A stretch of 33,757 bases of DNA from Aquificaceae bacterium. Lineage in GTDB: Bacteria; Aquificota; Aquificia; Aquificales; Aquificaceae. Where the stretch lies: positions 1-33,757 of the forward strand of contig JALTVH010000283.1 in assembly GCA_027049085.1 (NCBI GenBank), read 5' to 3'. The translations under genes were made by a program, and so were the position numbers. Shown one piece after another: positions 17,819-25,571 of this stretch; position 1 is the stretch's first letter; each line of letters begins with the position of its first letter. The notes beneath the pieces are model-generated. The model was given only the letters and a program-made list of their open reading frames with translations. It was not told the DNA's origin and made no database searches.

Positions 17819-20013
17819 ACCTCCTCAAGATTAGTAATTCTTTCCCTCAGAACTTCCTCACCGTTAAACCTGACAGTAAGATTTCTGTCAGAGGTAACCT
17901 TTCCAAGGTACATCCATTCAACCCCTGATTCCTCAATTATGTCCTTAACCTCATCAAGGTTGGAATGAGGTACGCTAATAACAATTCTTGTTGGAACCTC
18001 ACTGAAGAGAAAGAAGTCAGCTCTCTCTTCACAGTATATATCAAGTTCGGCACCGAACTCTGTTCCAAAGAGGCTTTCAAGAACGCACACTATAAGACCC
18101 CCCATTGAAATATCGTGGGCTGAATTAATGAGATTTTCTCTACTGAGCCTGACCATCAGGTCAATCAGCTTCCTTTCCTTTTGAAAATCAATCTTCGGCA
18201 CAGGACCCTTAACCTCACCGTGAACGACCTTGAGAAACTCGCTACCACCAACTTCCATAGAGCGAAACACATCGCCGATCAAGAGTATCTCATCGGTGTC
18301 GTTAAACTTTATATCTGTGTACCTGTTTGCTTCTTCCAGCCTTCCCACACAGACAACAACAGGGGTTGGATAAACGTTTCTCTGCTCTTCCTCCGTAACG
18401 GTCTCGTTGTACAGGGAGACGTTTCCGCTCACCACAGGAACGCCGAGCTCCTCACAGGCACTTGCCATCCCCTCTACAGCCCTGACAAACTGCCACATGA
18501 TCTCTGGCCTTTCCGGATTTCCAAAATTCAGACAGTTGGTTAGGGCAAGGGGCTTCCCGCCCACACAGGCAACGTTTCTGCACGCCTCAGCAACCACGTA
18601 TCTTGTGCCTTCATAGGGATCAAGAAAAACCATACGTCCGTTTCCCTCACAGGACAGAGCGATACCCGATGCTGTGGACAGCTCAGGTTTTTCAACCCAT
18701 TTGAGTCTCAGAACCGCGGCATCTCCACCGGGAACGACTACGGTGTTGGTACCAACCTGAAAGTCATACTGGGAATATATCCACCTTTTGGAGGCTATAT
18801 TGGGTGATGAGAGCAACCTGTAAAGTGCCTCCCTGAGATCAGTGGGAGGAACCTTTGCCTGATCAGTCTGGTTGACCTGGCGGTAGTAAAGGGGTTCCCT
18901 AACCTCTCTGTCATATTCGGGGGAGCTGTCTGTTATCAAAGAGACAGGAATGTCCGCAACGATCTCCTCGCCATACCTGACAACCAGCCTTTTTGTATCG
19001 GTAACCTCACCCACCACAGCCCAGGGAAGGTGGTATTTTTCAGCTATTTCTCTCAGCACCGGTACCTCTGTTTTATCAGCAACGAGGATCATCCTCTCCT
19101 GGCTTTCCGAAAGCAGGATCTCATAAGGGGTAAGATCCTGGCGAAGGGGGACGAGGGAAAGGTCTATCTCAGCACCGAGTCCAGACTTTCCCGCAAGCTC
19201 GGTAACTGATCCACCGAGCCCTGCTGCACCAAGGTCCTGCATGCCAACTACAACACCCCTCTCTACAGCTTCAAGAACTGCCTCAATCAGCTTTTTACCG
19301 AAAAAGGGATCTCCTATCTGAACGCTCGGTCTTTTATCCTCTGAATCTTCCCCAAACTCAAAGGAAGCCATCACAGCACCGTGGACGCCGTCCCTCCCTG
19401 TGGTAGATCCCATCAAAAATAGAACCTGACCTGGTTTCGTTGCCCTTGCCCTTATGATCCTTCCAGCAGGCATTACACCAATACAGAAGGCGTTGACGAG
19501 AGGGTTTGTAACGTAGGGTCCCTCAAAGACCGTTTCACCCCCCACAGTCGGGACGCCGATAGAGTTTCCATATGAGCCAATTCCACTAACAACACCTCTC
19601 AGGAGGGATTTAACCTCAGGGCTTTGAAGCTCACCGAAGCGGAGGGAGTCCATAAGTGCAACAGGCCTTGCACCCATTGAGAGGATGTCCCTTATTATTC
19701 CCCCTACCCCTGTTGCAGCACCGTGGAAAGGCTCTATATATGAAGGGTGGTTGTGGCTTTCAATCTTGAAGGCTACCCAGACCCTTTCGTCTATCTCAAT
19801 TACACCGGCATTTTCACCGGGTCCCTGCACAACCCAGGGGGCAGATGTGGGAAACTTTCTGAGATGCTTTCTGGAAGACTTGTAGGAACAGTGTTCAGAC
19901 CACAGGGCACCTATCAGTCCAGCTTCAACATCGGTTGGTTCCCTTCCGAGTTTTTCCCTGATCAGTTTGTACTCATCCTCGGTAAGACCGTGGATTTCCC
20001 AGACCCTTTCCAT
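17788..20013 (-). CDS. purL: Phosphoribosylformylglycinamidine synthase subunit PurL (small type)
   Basis: WSEHCSYKSS, KIESHNHPS, QDLGAAGL, LSESQERM, SGNVSLYNET, SAHDIS; 741 aa. Confidence 0.97.
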   Translation of the reverse strand: MERVWEIHGLTEDEYKLIREKLGREPTDVEAGLIGALWSEHCSYKSSRKHLRKFPTSAPWVVQGPGENAGVIEIDERVWVAFKIESHNHPSYIEPFHGAATGVGGIIRDILSMGARPVALMDSLRFGELQSPEVKSLLRGVVSGIGSYGNSIGVPTVGGETVFEGPYVTNPLVNAFCIGVMPAGRIIRARATKPGQVLFLMGSTTGRDGVHGAVMASFEFGEDSEDKRPSVQIGDPFFGKKLIEAVLEAVERGVVVGMQDLGAAGLGGSVTELAGKSGLGAEIDLSLVPLRQDLTPYEILLSESQERMILVADKTEVPVLREIAEKYHLPWAVVGEVTDTKRLVVRYGEEIVADIPVSLITDSSPEYDREVREPLYYRQVNQTDQAKVPPTDLREALYRLLSSPNIASKRWIYSQYDFQVGTNTVVVPGGDAAVLRLKWVEKPELSTASGIALSCEGNGRMVFLDPYEGTRYVVAEACRNVACVGGKPLALTNCLNFGNPERPEIMWQFVRAVEGMASACEELGVPVVSGNVSLYNETVTEEEQRNVYPTPVVVCVGRLEEANRYTDIKFNDTDEILLIGDVFRSMEVGGSEFLKVVHGEVKGPVPKIDFQKERKLIDLMVRLSRENLINSAHDISMGGLIVCVLESLFGTEFGAELDIYCEERADFFLFSEVPTRIVISVPHSNLDEVKDIIEESGVEWMYLGKVTSDRNLTVRFNGEEVLRERITNLEEVWKRSLVDRL

Positions 20014-20023
20014 AGAAGGCTTT

Positions 20024-20032
20024 ATTTTATCA
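20024..20032 (-). promoter_or_regulatory. Extended -10 element for the purL-lspA unit
   Basis: Minus strand TGATAAAAT with 10 nt between it and the purL ATG; no SD. Confidence 0.45.
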
Positions 20033-20060
20033 TTGACATGCTGTGTTATACTAATATACT
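20033..20060 (+). promoter_or_regulatory. Sigma70-type promoter for rplU-rpmA
   Basis: TTGACA (20033-20038), 16 nt spacer, TATACT (20055-20060). Confidence 0.7.
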
Positions 20061-20086
20061 ACGATCCCCAAGGTACGGAGGAAGCT

Positions 20087-20386
20087 ATGTACGCTATCAT
20101 TGAAACGGGTGGAAAACAGTACAGGGTTGAAAAGGGAATGCGAATAAGGATTGAAAAAATTGAAGCCGAAGAGGGCAAGAAAATAGAGTTCATACCCCTC
20201 CTCATCAGGAAAAAGGACGGTTCCCTCGTCCTTGGCAAGGGAAAGGTCACAGGTGAGGTTACAGGTCACGGCCTTGGGAAAAAAGTAACTGTTTTTAAAT
20301 ACAAACCAAAGAAAAACTACAAAAGGTGGAAGGGGCACAGACAACCCTATACAGAAGTAGTTATCAAGGACATCAAGGAGGTGTAG
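20087..20386 (+). CDS. rplU: 50S ribosomal protein L21
   Basis: [14 protein letters not shown]...KGHRQPYT; start set to ATG 20087 after GGAGG. Confidence 0.97.
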   Translation: MYAIIETGGKQYRVEKGMRIRIEKIEAEEGKKIEFIPLLIRKKDGSLVLGKGKVTGEVTGHGLGKKVTVFKYKPKKNYKRWKGHRQPYTEVVIKDIKEV

Positions 20387-20388
20387 TT

Positions 20389-20640
20389 ATGGCTTCCAAG
20401 GCAAGCGGCGGATCAACGCGGAACGGGAGAGACAGTCATTCAAAAAGACTCGGCGTAAAAAGGTACGGCGGACAGTTTGTGAAGGCAGGGAACATACTCG
20501 TCAGACAGAGAGGCTCAAAGATCTACCCCGGTCAGAACGTAGGGATGGGTTCCGACTTCACCCTTTTTGCCCTCACCGACGGATACGTTAAATTTGAAAG
20601 GCGCAGAAACAAAAAGGTTGTGAGCGTTTACCCTGCCTGA
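20389..20640 (+). CDS. rpmA: 50S ribosomal protein L27
   Basis: [33 protein letters not shown]; start set to ATG 20389 after GGAGGTG. Confidence 0.97.
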   Translation: MASKASGGSTRNGRDSHSKRLGVKRYGGQFVKAGNILVRQRGSKIYPGQNVGMGSDFTLFALTDGYVKFERRRNKKVVSVYPA

Positions 20641-20685
20641 TAACGTTCTCTTCAGGAATTTCTTAACCCCTCACCAAATCCTCTC

Positions 20686-20719
20686 CTTAAAAAGAGACCC
20701 CCAGAGGGGGTCTTTTAAG
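20686..20719. terminator. Probable bidirectional intrinsic terminator between convergent rpmA and porin genes
   Basis: AAAAAG-AGACCCCC-AGA-GGGGGTCT-TTT; A-run on one side, T-run on the other. Confidence 0.75.
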
Positions 20720-20740
20720 CGGGCATACAAGGTGCAGGGC

Positions 20741-21763
20741 TCAGAAGGTGACGCCTATCTCAATTCCAGCTACGGTTCTGTTGTTTTTATCAAGGTTCCC
20801 AAAGACCTTATTCTTGGTTGAGATATAGGCGACCTCGGCCCTTATATAAGAGCTGGGTGTTGGTTTAAGGGTAGGGGTAAGGGTGAAGGTGTAGCCATTC
20901 TCAGCGTTTACAGAAGCTCCTGTATAAATACCAGTATCCCCCTCATCAAAGTACTCTACTCTTACAGGAAGGCTGATATTTCCGAGGTTTGGAATGGCGT
21001 AAAGGGCTATACCGTAAGCGTAACCCCTGGTACTTCCTCTGGTGTCAAGCCACTGATAGTCAAAGTTAACTCCGAGGTCTATCATTCCAAGGGAAAGGCT
21101 TCCAACAAAATCAATGAGGTTTTTGGCATCTTTATAGTCGTAGTAAGAGACAGCATAACCAAGGGGTCCTATCTCACCAAGAGAACCCACCGCAATGTTA
21201 TCCCTTCCAAACTCCTGATTGTATTCAGCGTACAGGTCAATACCACCCGCATTGACCGTTGCCCTGACAGCGGGATAGATTACAGGCTGGGCGAACCATA
21301 CGGTACCGAGGGTGATATTGGGATTGCTGTAGGTGTTTGCAACCTCATATCCAACGTTGGTGGGAAGGAGACCAACATCTATGCTGAGAACAGGAGCTGG
21401 TTTGAGAGTTATGTAGGACCATACAAGACCTGTTGCAGGATTATCCATTCCGTAAGAGTTGTAATTAAAACTCTGGGGTACGCTCATTCCTCCATTCCAG
21501 AAAGTTGGCTGGGCGAGTCCTCCTACCGCTATGTCAAAGCCAACTTCAAACATGCCCTTCTGGCTTCCGCTGAGATTGACAAGGAAGTTGGTAACGACAA
21601 AGCTATCCATGTCAGGATTATTATTGGTAGCCATATACCCACCACTGAGGGCACCCCCGAGTTTAAGATCGAGGCTTGATGAGACCCTGAAGGTCTTTTC
21701 TTCTGCAAAAACGGAACCTGCAAGCATGATAGATGTTCCAAGGGCAAGCGAAAGTTTCCTCAT
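20741..21763 (-). CDS. Outer-membrane beta-barrel porin (BBP2/DUF1597-like)
   Basis: Signal peptide (..AGSVFA/EEK), alternating beta-strand pattern, GLLPTNVGYEV..SNPN motif, C-terminal Phe (IGVTF). Confidence 0.78.
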   Translation of the reverse strand: MRKLSLALGTSIMLAGSVFAEEKTFRVSSSLDLKLGGALSGGYMATNNNPDMDSFVVTNFLVNLSGSQKGMFEVGFDIAVGGLAQPTFWNGGMSVPQSFNYNSYGMDNPATGLVWSYITLKPAPVLSIDVGLLPTNVGYEVANTYSNPNITLGTVWFAQPVIYPAVRATVNAGGIDLYAEYNQEFGRDNIAVGSLGEIGPLGYAVSYYDYKDAKNLIDFVGSLSLGMIDLGVNFDYQWLDTRGSTRGYAYGIALYAIPNLGNISLPVRVEYFDEGDTGIYTGASVNAENGYTFTLTPTLKPTPSSYIRAEVAYISTKNKVFGNLDKNNRTVAGIEIGVTF

Positions 21764-21794
21764 AACTATCTACCTCCTTGTAGTTTGCTCAGTT

Positions 21795-21831
21795 AAAAAG
21801 AGAAAAAGCGGAGCGGAGGACTGAGCCTCCG
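21795..21831 (-). terminator. Hairpin plus T-rich tract between amtB and porin gene (weak terminator or stabiliser)
   Basis: Minus strand CGGAGG-CTCAGT-CCTCCG followed by CTCCGCTTTTTCTCTTTTT. Confidence 0.45.
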
Positions 21832-21836
21832 ACCTT

Positions 21837-23117
21837 TTAAAGGTTATAGGCACTCTCACCGTGCTGACCACTATCAAGCCCCTCAATTTCCTCGTCCTCA
21901 CTGACTCTCAAACCAGTAAGGGCTTTGGCCACTATAACTATAACAGCGGTAAGTATGCCGGAGTAAACAATGGTTGCAATTACACCTTCAATCTGAATAA
22001 GAACCTGTTTAGCATTTCCGTACAGAAGGCCCGCTGCTTCATTCACGGAAGGATCGGCAAATACACCTGTAAGGATTGCACCCACTATACCTGCTACACC
22101 GTGAATACCAAAGACGTCCAGGGCATCGTCGTATCCGAGGGCAGACTTGAGCTTGGCAACCGCAAAGAATGCAAAGATACCACCCAAGGCACCCACGAAA
22201 ATTGCCCCTACAGGGTTTACAAAACCTGCTGCAGGAGTTACAGCAACGAGTCCTGCAATTATTCCTGAAGATATACCAACAACAGTTGGTTTACCTGAAA
22301 CAAGCCACTCCACAAACATCCAGGCAAGTACTGCAGAGGCGGTTGCGACCGTGGTGTTGGTCATTGCGTAAACCGCTATGGTGTCAGCTGCAAGAGCTGA
22401 TCCAGCATTGAAGCCAAACCATCCAAACCACAGGATCCCGGCGCCAAGGGCAACAAGGGGAACGTTGCTCGGAAGGAGGGTTGTGTCCTTCCTTTTCCCG
22501 AGGATGAGAGCACCTACAAGACCGGCGATACCGGCATTGATGTGGACAACTGTTCCACCGGCAAAGTCAAGGGCACCGTGGGAGCTGAGGAAGCCTCCAC
22601 CCCAGACCCAGTGGGCGATCGGTGGATAAACTATGATTGACCAGAGTATGCAGAAGAGGATCCACGCTGAAAACTTCATTCTACCCACAAGGGAACCGCT
22701 TACAAGGGCAGTGGTTATCGCAGCGAAGGTCAGCTGGAACATCAGGTCAAGGAGTGCAGGGTAGCCTGTGTCAGGATTGATCCCTGAAATTCCCTTTCCA
22801 AAGAGGTACTGGCCGGGGTTTCCAATAAAGGAAGAAATATCATCACCGTAGGCGATTGAGTAGCCCACAATAAGCCAGGTCAGGGTGACTATGCAAAAAG
22901 CAACAAGAGACATAGCGATGGTATTCAGAGTGCTCTTGGTTCTGTCAAGGCCACCGTAGAATAGGGCAAGGCCAGGAACCGTCATGAACACAACAAGTGC
23001 TGATGCTGTTAGCATCCATGCTGTGTTCCCTGTGTCTAATTTGGCACCCTCCTGAGCAAAAGCGGGTATAGCGGTAAAGAGCAGGGGCAGAATCGCCCAA
23101 ATTGATACGCGCCTCAT
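21837..23117 (-). CDS. amtB: Ammonium transporter
   Basis: PGLALFYGG, FQLTFA, HWVWGGG, DFAGGTVVH, LWFGWFGFNAGS, DDALDVFGIHG (twin His). Start set to ATG 23117 after GGAGGG; N-terminal signal peptide. Confidence 0.97.
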   Translation of the reverse strand: MRRVSIWAILPLLFTAIPAFAQEGAKLDTGNTAWMLTASALVVFMTVPGLALFYGGLDRTKSTLNTIAMSLVAFCIVTLTWLIVGYSIAYGDDISSFIGNPGQYLFGKGISGINPDTGYPALLDLMFQLTFAAITTALVSGSLVGRMKFSAWILFCILWSIIVYPPIAHWVWGGGFLSSHGALDFAGGTVVHINAGIAGLVGALILGKRKDTTLLPSNVPLVALGAGILWFGWFGFNAGSALAADTIAVYAMTNTTVATASAVLAWMFVEWLVSGKPTVVGISSGIIAGLVAVTPAAGFVNPVGAIFVGALGGIFAFFAVAKLKSALGYDDALDVFGIHGVAGIVGAILTGVFADPSVNEAAGLLYGNAKQVLIQIEGVIATIVYSGILTAVIVIVAKALTGLRVSEDEEIEGLDSGQHGESAYNL

Positions 23118-23142
23118 CTCTTTTCCCTCCTTTATAGAAATA

Positions 23143-23163
23143 ACCCCGCCCATGGGGCGGGGT
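23143..23163 (-). terminator. 9-bp GC hairpin between glnA and amtB
   Basis: ACCCCGCCC-3nt-GGGCGGGGT followed on the minus strand by the imperfect U-tract TATTTCT. Confidence 0.55.
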
Positions 23164-23174
23164 CTAAAACAACC

Positions 23175-24584
23175 TTAAATGTCAAAGTAGAGCTCAAACT
23201 CCTTGGGATGAGGTATAAACCTCATCTCGTCAATCTCAGCCCTCTTGCTCTCAATCCAGAGCTGGATCATCTCTTCTGTAAAGACACCACCCTTTAGGAG
23301 GAACTCATAGTCGTTCTCCAGCTCGTTGAGGGCTTCCTCAAGGGAACCTGGAAGCTGGGGAATTCCCTCAAGCTCCTCGGGGGGCAGAGAGTAGATGTCC
23401 TTGTCAAAGGGTTCTCCCGGGTCAATCCTGTTTTCAATTCCGTCAATTGCTGCCATGAGTATGGCAGAGAAGGCGAGGTAGGGGTTTGAGGTTGCATCGG
23501 GGAACCTGATCTCAATCCTCTTTGCCTTTGGATCTTCGTAATACATGGGTATCCTTATTGCGGCGGATCTATTTCTTGCTGAGTAAGCAAGCCTTACGGG
23601 TGCCTCAAAACCGGGAACGAGCCTGTGGTAGGAGTTGATTGTGGGATTGGTGAAGGCAACTATAGCCCTCGCATGCTTCAGGATACCACCTATAGCGTAA
23701 AGGGCTGTTTCTGAGAGACCCGCGTATCCTGAACCTGCAAAGAGAGGCTCATCGCCCTTCCAGATTGAGAAGTGGGTGTGCATTCCTGAGCCGTTGTCGT
23801 TGGGAAGAACCTTTGCCATGAAGGTTGCAAACTTACCATGTCTTGCTGCAACGTTACGAACAACGTACTTGTATATGTAAAGCTTGTCAGCCTGACTCAC
23901 GAGAGAGTCGTACCTTATATCAATCTCAGCCTGACCTGCCGATGCAACCTCGTGGTGGTGCACCTCAACGGTAATCCCTATGTCAGAAAGGGTTGAAACC
24001 ATCTCATTCCTTATGTCTGTCATTTTGTCAAGAGGTGCCGTAGGAAAGTATCCCCTTTTATGGGGCACCTTGTATCCGGAGGAAGTGAGCTCCCTGTTCC
24101 ACCAGCCCTCCTCCGAATCAACTCGCCAGAAGGAGTAATGCTCTGCATTCCCGAACTCTATTGAGTCAAGGATGAAGAATTCTGCCTCAGGTCCAAAGTA
24201 AGCGACGTCACCGATTCCAGTCTGCTTCAGGTACTGTTCAGCTTTCTGGGCAATGTACCTCGTGTCCCTTCCGTACCTTTCGCCGGTAACGGGGTCATAT
24301 ATATCACAGGTCATTACTATGGTCTTAGCCTCAATGAAGGGGTCTATAAAAGCGGTGTTGGGATCGGGTTTGGCTATCATGTCTGACTCATTTATGGACT
24401 GCCAGCCTCTGATTGATGAGCCGTCAAAACCTATCCCTTTTTCAAAGGCATCCATGGAAAACTCATAGGCGGGAAGAGTCATGTGCTGCCACTGACCAAA
24501 GGGGTCAGCAAATCTCAAATCAACGTACTGAACCCCTTCCTGTTCAATCAGGTTTAGAACTTCCTGGGGTGAGTACTTAGGCAT
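23175..24584 (-). CDS. glnA: Glutamine synthetase type I (beta)
   Basis: FDGSSIRGW, GPEAEFF, HHEVA, DNGSGMHTH, NSYHRLVPGFEAP, RIEIRFPD; adenylylation-site Tyr retained (KDIYSLPPEE). Confidence 0.98.
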   Translation of the reverse strand: MPKYSPQEVLNLIEQEGVQYVDLRFADPFGQWQHMTLPAYEFSMDAFEKGIGFDGSSIRGWQSINESDMIAKPDPNTAFIDPFIEAKTIVMTCDIYDPVTGERYGRDTRYIAQKAEQYLKQTGIGDVAYFGPEAEFFILDSIEFGNAEHYSFWRVDSEEGWWNRELTSSGYKVPHKRGYFPTAPLDKMTDIRNEMVSTLSDIGITVEVHHHEVASAGQAEIDIRYDSLVSQADKLYIYKYVVRNVAARHGKFATFMAKVLPNDNGSGMHTHFSIWKGDEPLFAGSGYAGLSETALYAIGGILKHARAIVAFTNPTINSYHRLVPGFEAPVRLAYSARNRSAAIRIPMYYEDPKAKRIEIRFPDATSNPYLAFSAILMAAIDGIENRIDPGEPFDKDIYSLPPEELEGIPQLPGSLEEALNELENDYEFLLKGGVFTEEMIQLWIESKRAEIDEMRFIPHPKEFELYFDI

Positions 24585-24614
24585 GCCTGCACCTCCTTTT
24601 AAAGTTTTTAGATG

Positions 24615-25019
<405 letters not shown>

Positions 25020-25062
25020 TCATTCTATTACCTGCAAGGTACCGATCAGGTACTTATAAACG

Positions 25063-25098
25063 GGTATAAATGTTAACAATTTTGTAAATATGTAAACA
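25063..25098. promoter_or_regulatory. Tandem NifA-type upstream activator sites
   Basis: GGT-N10-ACA (25063-25078) and TGT-N10-ACA (25083-25098), 20 bp period, 12/16 identical, about 70-100 bp upstream of the -24 element. Confidence 0.65.
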
Positions 25099-25169
25099 CT
25101 TCCCATTTTGGAAAAGGTGGTTATAATTAATTTAAATTAGTCAAGTTTATAAGAACGGGAGGGACAGAG

Positions 25170-25544
25170 ATGGTTTTTGAGCTATCTGTTGGAGCAGTAC
25201 TAACTGCAGCAGCAGTAGCAGTTTACCTCCACGGCAAGTCCGATTCCAAAACCACCAACGGTAATGGAAAAGCAAATGTTGACACGAGTGAGATGCTCGT
25301 AACCTACTCAAAAGTTATACCTGGTCACGAGGTCAGGCGGGTCTTCGGCTACGTAGAGAGCTCTTCTGTCCTCCCAAAGGGAAGCTCCTACTCCCCTAAG
25401 CTTGCAGAAGATGCCACGATCCACAAGCTAATGGCAAAGGCTAAAGAGATGGGAGCCAACGCTATCCTTGACCTCAAACTTGAGAAGGAAGAATTCGCCG
25501 TTCACGTCAGGATCATTGCAAAGGGACTTGCTGTAAAGGTATAA
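25170..25544 (+). CDS. YbjQ/UPF0145-like (putative heavy-metal-binding) protein with N-terminal membrane anchor
   Basis: IPGHEVRRVFGYV..LMAKAKEMGANAILDLK..IIAKGLAVKV; hydrophobic first ~20 aa; SD GGAGGG. Confidence 0.7.
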   Translation: MVFELSVGAVLTAAAVAVYLHGKSDSKTTNGNGKANVDTSEMLVTYSKVIPGHEVRRVFGYVESSSVLPKGSSYSPKLAEDATIHKLMAKAKEMGANAILDLKLEKEEFAVHVRIIAKGLAVKV

Positions 25545-25571
25545 AGATCCCAATGAGTTACATTTATATTA

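Noticed and set aside
20087-20640. Possible Prp-dependent L27 extension or L21 leader RNA
   Set aside because: rplU and rpmA are adjacent with no prp gene, L27 starts at the short MASK form, and the predicted leader is only about 20 nt.
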